A stretch of DNA of 64,000 bases from an uncultured Candidatus Saccharibacteria bacterium (lineage in GTDB: Bacteria > Patescibacteriota > Minisyncoccia > Minisyncoccales > GWA2-38-27): assembly GCA_964447515.1 (NCBI GenBank), contig CAYUSS010000001.1:4092-68091 (forward strand). The letters run 5' to 3'. Shown here in pieces: positions 9,642 to 19,292 of this stretch. Made by a program: the position numbers and the translations under genes. The stretch's first letter is position 1. Each line of letters begins with the position of its first letter. The notes beneath the pieces were generated by a model, which saw only the letters and a program-made list of their open reading frames with translations, was not told the DNA's origin and searched no databases.

Positions 9642-11171
9642 TTAGTAATTCAGAAATTTTAATTTTTGTTTTTTGTTCAGCTGCCAGGCAATAAAGCCCA
9701 AAGTTAAATATGAAATTATCAACCAGAACCAATGGACATTTTCAATGGTTTTGGCTGCCCAGGAATGAGAAAAGAAATCTACCACTTTTATTAAATAGGT
9801 TAGTAAAAACCAAACCGGCCAGGATAAAATCCAACCCAGGAACTGCCAAAATATCCCGACCAGACCAAAAATAAAGCCCAAAAGCATAATCCAATATAGA
9901 ATGGGTAGAATTAAAATATTAGTTAAGGGGGCTACTAAGGAAATCCTTCCGAAGTTGTAAATTAAAATTGGCAGAGTAAAAATTTGAGCGGCTAAGGTCA
10001 TTGCCAAAATATTTTTTAAGGCGGCAAGTTTTTTTGGAATAAATTTTAACCAATTATTAAAAGTAGGGGTTAAATAAATAATCCCGAGCACTGCTAAAAA
10101 GGAAAGTTGAAAGCCAACATCATCTAATAAAAGCAAGGGATTTATCGCCAGCATTAGAGCCGCTGCCATTACTATTGTTCTGGGACTAATGGACTTTCTT
10201 CCGAGCTTCTGGCCTAAAAGAAACAATCCACCCATTATTCCGGCTCGAATTCCAGAGGGCTGAAACCCGGTCATAATAATAAAAAGAGAAATAAGAATTA
10301 TTGAAAAATAAAATGCCTGACCTCTCCAAAGGCCCAAACCGAGCAATAAAGACATTAAAATAGTAGTCAAAATAGCAACATGCATTCCGGAAACAGCAGT
10401 AATGTGCCTGACGCCGGCAATATTTAATTTTTCTTTTAAATCTTCCGGTATTCTGCTTTTATCCCCTAAGAGCATAGCTCCTAAAATTGAACTCTGGGGA
10501 GGAGAAAGATTTTGAAAAATACTTTCTCTCAATTTATTTTTAAAACCCAAAATTTTAGCGTAAACGACAGAGGCCCGTCCTCTGTCAGTGACAGAGGACG
10601 GGCCTCTGTAAACTTCGATTTCAGGATAATATATTAGAGAATAAATCCCTTCTTTTCTTAAATAATTCTTATAATTAAAATCTTCAAAAACAGGAGGGGT
10701 TTTTAACTCCCCTGTAATTTTTAATTTATCTCCGTATTGATATTCAGGATAACGATTAGCAGTTGCTAAAACTTTCCCGTCAACAGGGCTAGGCCCGACC
10801 TCGCCCTGGACTTGGCTAACTTTTATAGTTAATTTTATGCTATTTCCCCTGACATCGGGCTCTTTGACAACCGTTCCGAGCAAAGTAATATTTTGTTCTA
10901 AATCATTATATTTTCTTAATTCATCATTCTTAATTTTTAATTCAACTACTTGGTGCCGCCAAATTCCTAAAACCAAAAAAATTAAACAGAAGCCGAGCAC
11001 AATTAGCTTTTTGTATTTAGATAAAACAGAAATTAAAATTATTCCTGAAATTAACCCCGCGCCTATAAATAGGTGCGGGGCAATAAAATCCAGCTGAGCG
11101 ACTATTGAATTCAGAAAAATTCCAGAAATGAAGAAAAGACAGAAATAAAAAAATACCTTTGATTTCGTCAT
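9642..11171 (-). CDS. comEC: ComEC/Rec2 competence membrane protein
   Basis: Polytopic protein with the competence-domain motif VRHITAVSGMHVAIL. It carries an in-frame 41-bp perfect palindrome at 10568-10608. Confidence 0.75.
   Translation of the reverse strand: MTKSKVFFYFCLFFISGIFLNSIVAQLDFIAPHLFIGAGLISGIILISVLSKYKKLIVLGFCLIFLVLGIWRHQVVELKIKNDELRKYNDLEQNITLLGTVVKEPDVRGNSIKLTIKVSQVQGEVGPSPVDGKVLATANRYPEYQYGDKLKITGELKTPPVFEDFNYKNYLRKEGIYSLIYYPEIEVYRGPSSVTDRGRASVVYAKILGFKNKLRESIFQNLSPPQSSILGAMLLGDKSRIPEDLKEKLNIAGVRHITAVSGMHVAILTTILMSLLLGLGLWRGQAFYFSIILISLFIIMTGFQPSGIRAGIMGGLFLLGQKLGRKSISPRTIVMAAALMLAINPLLLLDDVGFQLSFLAVLGIIYLTPTFNNWLKFIPKKLAALKNILAMTLAAQIFTLPILIYNFGRISLVAPLTNILILPILYWIMLLGFIFGLVGIFWQFLGWILSWPVWFLLTYLIKVVDFFSHSWAAKTIENVHWFWLIISYLTLGFIAWQLNKKQKLKFLNY
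10568..10608. repeat. 41-bp perfect palindrome embedded in-frame in comEC (GACGGGC-loop variant of the hairpin family)
   Basis: cagaggcccgtcctctgtca g tgacagaggacgggcctctg. It encodes ...RGPSSVTDRGRAS... inside ComEC. Confidence 0.7.
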
Positions 11172-11190
11172 CTATATTGTTAAAACCCTT

Positions 11191-11245
11191 AACACCCGAC
11201 GTTTCCCTTGGCGCCTTCGGCACCAATTCCTCAACGTCGGGTGTT
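11191..11245. repeat. 55-bp element bounded by AACACCCGACG / CGTCGGGTGTT inverted repeats with an internal hairpin
   Basis: Second copy at 56167-56240. The internal stems TTGGCGCC...GGCACCAA and TTGGCGTC...GACGCCAA differ by compensatory changes. Confidence 0.65.
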
Positions 11246-11251
11246 GTAATC

Positions 11252-12205
11252 TTAAAATCCTGTAGCAACTACCGTTACTTTTATTTCTCCTTTTTTTAGT
11301 TTTTCGTTTTGAATTGCTCCAAAAATTATTTTGGCTGAGGGAGAAACTTCCTGGGTAATAATTTTAGCCACTTCGTCCACCTCGGAAAGACTAACATCTT
11401 CATTCCCCGAAACATTAAATAAAATCCCTTTTGCTCCCTTATAAGAAATATCAAGTAAAGGAGAATCAAGGGCTTTCCTGGCTGCTTCCTTGGCTCGTTC
11501 CTGACCTTTTGCTCTTCCTATTCCAAACAAGGCAGAACCCGAATCTTTCATAATTGCTTTGACATCAGCAAAATCAATGTTAATTATACCAGGAAGAACA
11601 ATCAAATCAGAAATTCCCTGAACAGCCTGTCTTAAAATTTCATCACAAATCCAAAAGGCATTTAAAACTGTAGTTTTGGGCTCTAAAATTGAAAGCAACT
11701 TATCGTTGGAAATAGCAATTAAAGTATCAACCTTTTCTTTTAGTTTTCTTTGGCTGTTCTCAGCAATTTCCATTCGCTGAACTCCTTCAAAAGAAAAGGG
11801 TTTGGTAACCACGGCAATTGTCAAAGCGCCTAAATTCTTAGCAATCTCAGCCACAACCGGAGAAGCTCCGGAGCCACAGCCGCCACCCAAGCCGCAAGTA
11901 ATAAAAACCATATCTGTATCTTCCAAAGCTTGCTCAATTTCTTCTCTTTGTTCTTCTGCTGCTTTTCTTCCAACCTCAGGGTTCATACCTGTGCCCAATC
12001 CCTTGGTTAATTCTCTTCCAATCCGAATCCTTTGATGAGCTTTAGTTCTTTGAAGATCTTGGATATCAGCATTTAGAGCGATTAATTTCACCCCCTTAAT
12101 TTTACACCTCATCATCCGAGAAATAGCATTTGTTCCTGACCCTCCGACCCCGACTACTTTAATTTTTGTATTCACCCCGTTAGAAATCTTTGGTAAATTT
12201 TTCAT
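11252..12205 (-). CDS. ftsZ: cell division GTPase FtsZ (core only, no C-terminal tail)
   Basis: GVGGSGTNAISRM and the tubulin signature GLGGGCGSGASPV. It ends ...VVATGF immediately before the repeat at 11191-11245. Confidence 0.85.
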   Translation of the reverse strand: MKNLPKISNGVNTKIKVVGVGGSGTNAISRMMRCKIKGVKLIALNADIQDLQRTKAHQRIRIGRELTKGLGTGMNPEVGRKAAEEQREEIEQALEDTDMVFITCGLGGGCGSGASPVVAEIAKNLGALTIAVVTKPFSFEGVQRMEIAENSQRKLKEKVDTLIAISNDKLLSILEPKTTVLNAFWICDEILRQAVQGISDLIVLPGIINIDFADVKAIMKDSGSALFGIGRAKGQERAKEAARKALDSPLLDISYKGAKGILFNVSGNEDVSLSEVDEVAKIITQEVSPSAKIIFGAIQNEKLKKGEIKVTVVATGF

Positions 12206-12225
12206 AGTTTTTATCCCCGTAGAAA

Positions 12226-12255
12226 TTCGTTTGTTAAGGTTAGATTTCTAACGGG
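12226..12255. repeat. CCCCGTAGAAAT...ATTTCTAACGGGG hairpin (short member of the CCCCGTAGAA family) in the ftsA-ftsZ spacer
   Basis: Inverted arms ccccgtagaaat / atttctaacgggg. Confidence 0.55.
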
Positions 12256-12257
12256 GT

Positions 12258-13505
12258 TCATGGTATAAAAATTTTTAATATTTTTTTAAATTTATCTTTG
12301 ATTCCCGTTACAAGCCCTGTGCCCTCTTCCTCTTCTTCTAAATCATTTGCTTTTAAAATTAAACCATAAAGTGTAGATAAAGCAGGGTCTTCTTGAAGGG
12401 TAGGGATTTCTTTGGGGATTCCAATTCGGCAAGGCAGATTCAACTCTTTTTTCGCTAAACCAATAATTCTAGGCATCCTTGCTCCTCCTCCAGTTAAGAC
12501 CACTCCTGCCGGAAGCAATCCTTGACGAGAAATTTTCTTTAACTCTTTATCGGTTAAATCAAAAATATCAGAAACCCTGGCTTCAATAATTTCAGTCAAT
12601 CTTTTCGGAGAAAAAATAAGCGGTTCTTCCTCAGCCTCTATATCAATATCTTTGCGAAGAGGCTCAATTTTTATTTTTCTTTCAGTTTTTTTAGGTTTTT
12701 GGGAAAACCGAGAACAGCTGCCAAATTCTAATTTTATTCTCTCGGCAGTATCAATATCTGTTTTAAAACAAGTAGCAATATCATCAGTAATATGACCCGA
12801 GCCTACTGGAAAAATAGCAGTATGAATTAAATTTCCTTCCTCAAATACAGCCAGCCCAGTAGTCCTTGCTCCAATATCTAAAACACAAACCCCTAATTCT
12901 TTCTCTCGAGGGGTCATTACTGCTCGGGAACTGGCTAAAGGGGTAGGAATCAAATCATTAATCTGAAAACCAGATTTTAAAATAGTTTGGCTAGAATTTC
13001 TTAAATAAGGAGAAAAACCGCAAAGAACTAATACAGCCGCCTCTAACCTCACTCCCTGCATACCGGTCACCTCTTTTACACCTCCTTCACCGTCAACAAT
13101 AAATTCTTTAGGGAAAACATCAATAATCTCTTTGTTGGAAGGTAAAGAAAAGGTCTGAGCAGCTTGTAAAACTCTATCAATATCTTCCTCTGAGATTTTT
13201 TGGTCGGCTCGAGAAACAGAAACTAATCCCTGGGAAGAGGTGCAAAATATATGACTTCCTCCAATGCCTGCATAAACATCATTTATGTTTTTGCCACAAC
13301 TTTGCTCAACCTGTTTTTTCAAAGAAGAAATAATTTCTCCTACTTTAAGAACATCAACTACTACCCCTCTTCTTATTCCGAAAGAAGGTTCTTGACCCTG
13401 CCCTAAAACTTCAAAGTCTGTTTTACCGGGTTTTTTTAAAACAGAAAGAATTTTTATTGAGCCCGAACCAATGTCCAGGGCAGTAATGATGTGAGACCTT
13501 GCCAT
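12258..13505 (-). CDS. ftsA: cell division protein FtsA
   Basis: Actin-like ATPase with ALDIGSGSIKIL and the later motif LDIGARTTGLAVF. Confidence 0.85.
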   Translation of the reverse strand: MARSHIITALDIGSGSIKILSVLKKPGKTDFEVLGQGQEPSFGIRRGVVVDVLKVGEIISSLKKQVEQSCGKNINDVYAGIGGSHIFCTSSQGLVSVSRADQKISEEDIDRVLQAAQTFSLPSNKEIIDVFPKEFIVDGEGGVKEVTGMQGVRLEAAVLVLCGFSPYLRNSSQTILKSGFQINDLIPTPLASSRAVMTPREKELGVCVLDIGARTTGLAVFEEGNLIHTAIFPVGSGHITDDIATCFKTDIDTAERIKLEFGSCSRFSQKPKKTERKIKIEPLRKDIDIEAEEEPLIFSPKRLTEIIEARVSDIFDLTDKELKKISRQGLLPAGVVLTGGGARMPRIIGLAKKELNLPCRIGIPKEIPTLQEDPALSTLYGLILKANDLEEEEEGTGLVTGIKDKFKKILKIFIP

Positions 13506-13518
13506 AATTCGCTTGTGC

Positions 13519-13962
13519 TTAATTGTTGGAAATTTGGGAAAGATAGTATTCTTCCTTTTTTCTCATCTCCTCTGCTTTCTCTCCTTCTTTTTCATGGTCG
13601 TATCCTGAGAGGTGTAAAATCCCATGGGTTAAAACCCGAATTAACTCTTTTTTAAATGTTGAACCATATTTTTTAGCATTCTTCTTAACTTCTCTAAGAC
13701 AAATAACCGCTTCTCCTAATTCTTGTTTTATCTTCAATGGTTTTATGAATTTAGCTTTTGGCTTTTGGCTGAAAGCAAGGACATCTGTTGCCCGATTCTT
13801 GCCCCGATATTTTTTATTCAGTTTTCTCATTCTTCCCTGTCCAACCAAGGCAATAGATAATTCTGCTTCTTCTTTATTTTCACCTTTTAAAATTTTTTTG
13901 GCAACCCTCTTCAAAAATTCCTCATCAATCTCCACCGTAGTTAAATTATTAATTTCAATCAT
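13519..13962 (-). CDS. ybeY: rRNA maturation endoribonuclease YbeY
   Basis: HGILHLSGYDHE metal-binding triad. Confidence 0.85.
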   Translation of the reverse strand: MIEINNLTTVEIDEEFLKRVAKKILKGENKEEAELSIALVGQGRMRKLNKKYRGKNRATDVLAFSQKPKAKFIKPLKIKQELGEAVICLREVKKNAKKYGSTFKKELIRVLTHGILHLSGYDHEKEGEKAEEMRKKEEYYLSQISNN

Positions 13963-13982
13963 AATTATTTGCCCGTCGAGCT

Positions 13983-14837
13983 CTAAGAGAATAGCGCAAT
14001 CAAGGTCAAAATCGTTGCCGGAATTAATAAAAACCCAATAACTCCTATGAGAATAAAAGCAATTTTTGTCTTTGTTCTTGGAGATTCAAATAGCGCTTCT
14101 CCTTTTAATTTTTTCAGGTTTTCGTAAATTAAAAAGCCAAAAATCATAGAAAAAGGAACGGTAAATAATATAATAAACCTTCCAACAAAGGGGATAAACC
14201 CAACAATAAGACCAATTAGGAAAATAATAATATTCAAGACCAGAAATCTCCAAAAAACCTGCCACCAAAAGCCTTTTATTAATTGCTTGCTTCTGAAAAG
14301 AGCATTCATTCCTTTTAGGCCCTCTGAAACTAAAACAAAAGCTGCCAAACTGAACCAAATAGCTAAGATAATCCCCGGAACAATAAGAAGCAGATACCCT
14401 CCAATGGTAATAAACCCAGCCAAAATAGAAATCCATAAATAAGAAATTATTTTAGGCCATCCCTTGGCAAGCGATTCTTTGATTCCAATTTTTTGGTCTC
14501 TTTCTTTAATGGCATAAAGCAAAGATAGACCGGCCCAAAGATTAATAACAACCATTACAAGAAAAGCAATAACAGCCATTAAAATTCCAAAAACAGTTAA
14601 AGGAATAAATAAGAAATCTGGAATCCGATCTTGAACAAGCCCTAAGCTAAAAAAGAAGATTGCGAATGGTAAAATAAAAAGAAAAGGAACAAGTAGAATA
14701 ATAAGCATTAACAAAAGAAAAACCCAGATTCTGTTCTTAAAAATCTGGAAACTTTCTCTTAATAATTCACCAACTTCAGGTAAAGAAAGAGAAGGTGTCG
14801 GTGAAGGAGATGTCAATGGAAATCGTTGGTTGTTCAT
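13983..14837 (-). CDS. hypothetical polytopic membrane protein
   Basis: Multiple predicted TM helices; no diagnostic motif. Confidence 0.5.
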   Translation of the reverse strand: MNNQRFPLTSPSPTPSLSLPEVGELLRESFQIFKNRIWVFLLLMLIILLVPFLFILPFAIFFFSLGLVQDRIPDFLFIPLTVFGILMAVIAFLVMVVINLWAGLSLLYAIKERDQKIGIKESLAKGWPKIISYLWISILAGFITIGGYLLLIVPGIILAIWFSLAAFVLVSEGLKGMNALFRSKQLIKGFWWQVFWRFLVLNIIIFLIGLIVGFIPFVGRFIILFTVPFSMIFGFLIYENLKKLKGEALFESPRTKTKIAFILIGVIGFLLIPATILTLIALFS

Positions 14838-14911
14838 AGAAGCTTTAGTTTCGTGTCTATTTAGTGATTTTTTCTAAAATTTTAATGGTTGATTGTTTTT
14901 CTACCCAGTTT

Positions 14912-15415
14912 TTATTCTTCTTGAAACAACAATTCTTTTACAATTTGGCTAACTAATTTGCCGTCGGCTTTGCCTTTCACTTGGGGTATTAATTCGGCCA
15001 TTACTTTGCCCATATCCTTTATTTCTTTAGCGCCAACTTTCTCAACAGCTTTTTTAGCTAATTTTTTAACTTCTTCTTCGGAAAACTGCTCTGGTAAGTA
15101 TTTTTCTAAAATCTCAATTTCTGCTTTTTCTTTTTTAACCAAATCTTTCCTTTTACCCTTCTCAAATTCTAAAATCGCTTCTTTTCTCTTTTTTATTTCA
15201 GAAGTAACAACTTCAATGATTTCTTCATCTGTTGAAACAGATTTTTCTGCCAGTTCTTTTTCTATCAAGTCCGGTTCGGCTTTGGCAATCTTATATCTCT
15301 TTTCTTTTTCTTTATTCAAAATAGTAGCTGAAAGCATCCGTAAGGTAGAACGGCTAATTTCGTCGCTTTTTTTAATAGATTCCCTAAGATCAGTTTGAAT
15401 TTCTTGCTTCAACAT
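14912..15415 (-). CDS. GatB/YqeY-domain protein
   Basis: C-terminal ...GKADGKLVSQIVKELL, typical of the YqeY/GatB C-terminal domain. Confidence 0.65.
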   Translation of the reverse strand: MLKQEIQTDLRESIKKSDEISRSTLRMLSATILNKEKEKRYKIAKAEPDLIEKELAEKSVSTDEEIIEVVTSEIKKRKEAILEFEKGKRKDLVKKEKAEIEILEKYLPEQFSEEEVKKLAKKAVEKVGAKEIKDMGKVMAELIPQVKGKADGKLVSQIVKELLFQEE

Positions 15416-15496
15416 AAATCATTTTAACATTTAAGCATTTAAACATCATGAGATTTAATCTTGTTTATGTGTTTAGATGTTTAAATGTTTAGATGA

Positions 15497-15715
15497 TTAT
15501 TTCGGCTTTCCCATTTTTTCCATCTTCTCATACTCTTTTTTTAATTCTTCTTTTCTCAGAGCTGCTCTTTTTTTCATCTGGCGGCTTTTCGGTTTTCTCT
15601 TATAGCGAATTTTTCTCGCCTGAAGCAAAATCCCGCTTCGTTTCATTCTTTTTGAAAAGCGGCGAATTAAACTTTGTGATGTTTCTCTGTCTTGTTTTTT
15701 TATCTCTAAAGCCAT
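15497..15715 (-). CDS. rpsU: 30S ribosomal protein S21
   Basis: MALEIKKQDRETSQSLIRRFSKRMKRSGILLQARK... Confidence 0.8.
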   Translation of the reverse strand: MALEIKKQDRETSQSLIRRFSKRMKRSGILLQARKIRYKRKPKSRQMKKRAALRKEELKKEYEKMEKMGKPK

Positions 15716-15719
15716 TGTT

Positions 15720-16052
15720 TTAGGGTAATTTTATTGGTTTCCCGCTTAATAAATGTAAATGCAAATGGTCGATTATTTGACCACCCCCTTGGCCAACATT
15801 GATTACTAATTTATATCCTTTTAAATTTTTCTCTCTGGCTATTTTTTGAGCAACCAAAATTATTTCTCCCATTAAGGTTTTATCTTGAATTTCTATATGA
15901 TCTACTGAAGGAATATGCTTCTTAGGAACAATCAAAAGATGAATAGGAGCTTTGGGGTTAACATCTTTGATAACAATAATTTTATCGTTCTCATAAACAA
16001 TATCAGCTGGCATTTCTTTATTTACGATTTTGCAAAAAATACAATTTGACAT
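15720..16052 (-). CDS. HIT-family hydrolase
   Basis: Histidine triad HLHLHLL. Confidence 0.8.
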   Translation of the reverse strand: MSNCIFCKIVNKEMPADIVYENDKIIVIKDVNPKAPIHLLIVPKKHIPSVDHIEIQDKTLMGEIILVAQKIAREKNLKGYKLVINVGQGGGQIIDHLHLHLLSGKPIKLP

Positions 16053-16055
16053 GTG

Positions 16056-17342
16056 TTACCCCTTTAGTTTGTTTTTCATCTTATCCACCACCTCATCTAA
16101 CTTTACTGTTTCTTGACTTCCTGTCTTCATATCTCGAATTATAATTTTTCCCTCCACTGTTTCTTGCTGTCCAAGAATTAAGGTATATCTTACCCCAATT
16201 CGGTCAGCCCTATTCAACTGAACTTTTAAAGAATCTTTTCCAAAAGATTCAGTAATTCTCAATTTTGCTTTTCTAAAATCTTCCAAGAGTTTTAAGCTTT
16301 TTCTTTTTGCTAAAATACCTAATTGAGCTAAAAATATCTGAGGTTGGACGGCTTTTGGAAATTTTATATCCTGGATTTTCATTAAACTTACAATTCTCTC
16401 TATTCCAGCTGCTCCACCGCAAGCCGAGGTATCTTTCCCTCTCAAAAGCTTAACCAATTTATCATATCTTCCCCCCCCTAATAAAGCGCCTTGAGCTTTT
16501 TGGCCGTCTTCAGATAATCCAGAAAAAATCTCAAAAACAGTTTTAGTATAATAATCCAGGCCCCTAACTAAATGAGGATTAAAATTATAAGGTATTTCAA
16601 TCTCATCTAAAAATTCCAAAACTTCTTTGAAATGCCTGTGACACTCCTCGCAAAGATGATCAAGTGTCTGAGGAGCTTCAGCTATTACGGCTTGGCATTT
16701 TTCTTTTTTACAATCTAAAACTCTCAAAACATTTTCTTTAATCCTTCTTCTGCAATCAGCACATAAAAAAGTCTCCTTTGACCTTAAATAATTCTTTAAA
16801 AGTTTTTTATAATAGGGCCGACATTGCTCATCGCCAATACTATTTATTTCTATAATTAAATTTTTCAATCTAAGTTCCTTTAAGATATTATAAAAAATTT
16901 GAATAATTTGAGCGTCTATTACCGAACTTTTTTCTCCTAAAACTTCAAAACCAAACTGCCAAAATTGGCGATATCTACCTGCCTGCGGATGCTCATAGCG
17001 GAAAAAAGGACCAAAATACCAAAGTTTCAAGGGTTGAGGACGGGTATACATACCATTTTCAATATAAGCTCTAACTATTGAAGCCGTTCCTTCTGGTCTT
17101 AGAGACAAAAAATCTCCTCCTTTGGTTCTAAAACTATACATTTGTTTCTTTACAACATCGGTAGCCAATCCGATTCCTCCTGAAAAAAGCTCTGTCTCTT
17201 CAAGAATCGGAGTATCAATTTTTCCAAATCCATAAAAATCGGCGATATTAGAAACTACATCATAAATTCTCTGAAAATATTTCTGTTCTTCCGGTAAAAT
17301 ATCGCGCATCCCGGTTGGAGCTTGAAATTTAGGTCTCTTCAT
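16056..17342 (-). CDS. hisS: histidine--tRNA ligase
   Basis: Class II aaRS motifs including GGRYD and the N-terminal MRDILPEE. Confidence 0.85.
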   Translation of the reverse strand: MKRPKFQAPTGMRDILPEEQKYFQRIYDVVSNIADFYGFGKIDTPILEETELFSGGIGLATDVVKKQMYSFRTKGGDFLSLRPEGTASIVRAYIENGMYTRPQPLKLWYFGPFFRYEHPQAGRYRQFWQFGFEVLGEKSSVIDAQIIQIFYNILKELRLKNLIIEINSIGDEQCRPYYKKLLKNYLRSKETFLCADCRRRIKENVLRVLDCKKEKCQAVIAEAPQTLDHLCEECHRHFKEVLEFLDEIEIPYNFNPHLVRGLDYYTKTVFEIFSGLSEDGQKAQGALLGGGRYDKLVKLLRGKDTSACGGAAGIERIVSLMKIQDIKFPKAVQPQIFLAQLGILAKRKSLKLLEDFRKAKLRITESFGKDSLKVQLNRADRIGVRYTLILGQQETVEGKIIIRDMKTGSQETVKLDEVVDKMKNKLKG

Positions 17343-17357
17343 TTTTTATAGAAGCAG

Positions 17358-17432
17358 ACATACGCAGATAGTTACGCAGATTTACGCTGATATCTTCTTC
17401 CGCGTTTTTCTGCGTAATTATCCACGTTCTTA
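17358..17432. promoter_or_regulatory. array of TTACGCAGA(T) repeats (three direct 12-bp-phased copies plus one inverted) and a DnaA-box-like TTATCCACG, upstream of hisS
   Basis: acatacgcagat agttacgcagat ttacgctgat ... tctgcgtaa ttatccacg, lying between the hisS start and the lepB stop. Confidence 0.4.
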
Positions 17433-17437
17433 CGCTT

Positions 17438-17983
17438 CTAATACTCTGGTGCTTCAAACTTCTCCATATCAGCAAATGGCCAGGCTCTGATAAAAACACG
17501 GCCGACAATTTTCTCTTCAGGTACAAGGCCAAACTTTCTTGAATCAAAAGAAAAGGCTCGATTATCTCCTAAAACAAAATATTCATCCTCGCCCAAAGTA
17601 ACTAAAATATCTCCCGATGTTTTTAAAGAGGAAGGAAGGTAATCTAATTCATTTAAAACTTGAGGTTGATTGTTTTCGTAGATTACTATTTTACCTTCTT
17701 TAATTTCCACTGTTTCTCCGGGAAGGCCAATAATTCTTTTAATAAACCGATAAGAAGATTCTTGGGGATATCTAAAAATTATTACTTCTCCTCTTTGGGG
17801 TTCTCGAAAGCGATAAGAAATCTCATCAACGATTAAATAGTCGCCATTTCCAAAATTGGGAGTCATTGATTGACCCTTGACAAAAAATGGCTGAAATAGA
17901 AAATATCTAATGGGAACTACTATTGCTAAAGCAATAACAGTTATTTTAAAAATCTCCCAAATGAAAACAAAAAACTTTTTCAT
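17438..17983 (-). CDS. lepB: signal peptidase I
   Basis: GQSMTPN (catalytic Ser box) and the GDNRAFSFDSR box. Confidence 0.8.
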   Translation of the reverse strand: MKKFFVFIWEIFKITVIALAIVVPIRYFLFQPFFVKGQSMTPNFGNGDYLIVDEISYRFREPQRGEVIIFRYPQESSYRFIKRIIGLPGETVEIKEGKIVIYENNQPQVLNELDYLPSSLKTSGDILVTLGEDEYFVLGDNRAFSFDSRKFGLVPEEKIVGRVFIRAWPFADMEKFEAPEY

Positions 17984-18054
17984 AAATTCTTTCTATATTA
18001 TTTTAACAGATTCATTTATTTTAGCAAGCCCTTATGATACAATAAGTAAAAATC

Positions 18055-18639
18055 ATGATAATCATCGTCGGTCTCGGTAACCCCCGGGAAAAATATAAAA
18101 ATACCCGGCACAACATCGGCTTTCGAGTGCTTGATGAATTTATAAGGAGAAACAATTTTCTTGATTTGAAATTTTCAAAAAAATTTAAGGCCGAAATCTC
18201 TGAAGAAAGAATTGACAAAAAAAAAGTTATTTTAGCCAAACCCCAAACTTTTATGAACAATTCTGGCAAAGCAGTAAAGGCCTTAATCAACTTTTACAAA
18301 ATTAGGAGAACTGCTCTCCTAGTGGTTCATGATGATATAGATTTACTTTTAGGGAAAATTAGAATTATCAAAAATCGAGGAGCAGCCGGACACAAAGGAG
18401 TAGAGTCAATAATCAATGAACTCAAGACAAAAAACTTTGTAAGATTTAGAATTGGAATTAGCCCCGCCTCCGCTAAAATTCCGCCGGGCAAAGCGAAAAA
18501 CGCTGAAGCTTTTGTTCTCCAAAAATTTAATAAGGAAGAGAAAAAAATTGTAAAAGAAATAATTGAAAAAACTGCTGAAGCAATTGAATTAGGTTTAAAA
18601 AAAGGAATAGAAAAAGCAATGAATGAATACAATCAATGA
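18055..18639 (+). CDS. pth: peptidyl-tRNA hydrolase
   Basis: IIVGLGNPREKYKNTRHNIGF. Confidence 0.85.
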   Translation: MIIIVGLGNPREKYKNTRHNIGFRVLDEFIRRNNFLDLKFSKKFKAEISEERIDKKKVILAKPQTFMNNSGKAVKALINFYKIRRTALLVVHDDIDLLLGKIRIIKNRGAAGHKGVESIINELKTKNFVRFRIGISPASAKIPPGKAKNAEAFVLQKFNKEEKKIVKEIIEKTAEAIELGLKKGIEKAMNEYNQ

Positions 18640-18759
18640 ACAACGAACAGTGAAATATTTTACATATAATAAAAAAAGCCGAAGCGGTTATTCTACCTCG
18701 GCTTGCCCCATCAGTGGAACCTTAATGCCAAAAACTGACATTTATAATTACAAGCGAGG

Positions 18760-18830
18760 GGGAAAAAGAAAAATTTATTTTTCTTTTTTGACCGAACGAA
18801 GTAATTTCAAGGTTCTGACAAAGTCAGGTT
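18760..18830. repeat. partial copy of the mosaic intergenic repeat
   Basis: cgagggggaaaaagaaaaatttatttttcttttttgaccgaacgaag...caaggttctg matches the 38395-38590 copy and the reverse complement of the 27715-27960 copy. Confidence 0.6.
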
Positions 18831-18839
18831 CTTATATTT

Positions 18840-19148
18840 TTACTTTGAGACCTCTTTCGTTTCCTCTTTCTTCTTCTCAAGGACATTAATCGTTTCATCA
18901 ACAAGTTTGTTCATTGTTTCTTTCCACTCTTCGTATCTCCTTTCTTTGTAAAAATCTTTGTAATAATGAAGAAACTTTTTTCTCGTCTTCTTAAGTGCCT
19001 CAATCAGTTCAGGAACTTCCTCAACCGGTACTACTATTTGTTGGCACAACCCAGCAAGCTCGCCGAGTCTCCAGAACTCTTCTTTAAGATACCTCCTAAC
19101 TATTTCATAATCTGATTCAGGCCTGACCTTTTTGTTCTTTGTACGCAT
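18840..19148 (-). CDS. hypothetical protein (102 aa, charged)
   Basis: ORF only. Confidence 0.4.
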   Translation of the reverse strand: MRTKNKKVRPESDYEIVRRYLKEEFWRLGELAGLCQQIVVPVEEVPELIEALKKTRKKFLHYYKDFYKERRYEEWKETMNKLVDETINVLEKKKEETKEVSK

Positions 19149-19292
19149 TTTCTCATCCTTTTTTAGGTACCCACACTGTTTATCTTCTTTTGATTATAAC
19201 AATGTGAGTTCCATTTTTGACAATGTGCTGTTAATATGCCTTGATTTTTAATAATACCAAAAATCAGAAAAAATTTCAAGGTTTCGCGCTTT

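Noticed and set aside
11017-11268. 83-aa ORF reading through the AACACCCGACG element
   Set aside because: Translation of a repeat (ITTPDVEELVPKAPRETSGV) with no gene-like context. It overlaps the comEC start and ftsZ stop.
14958-15398. 146-aa antisense ORF inside the GatB/YqeY gene, and similar antisense ORFs (3635..3868, 2471..2724, 7040..7246, 10837..11097, 11802..12035, 13745..14041, 15493..15723, 20268..20495, 20721..21026, 23148..23429, 23941..24153, 29225..29706)
   Set aside because: Low-complexity antisense frames fully inside well-supported genes on the other strand.
17329-17547. 72-aa ORF spanning the hisS-lepB spacer
   Set aside because: It covers the repeat/operator array and overlaps both real genes' ends.
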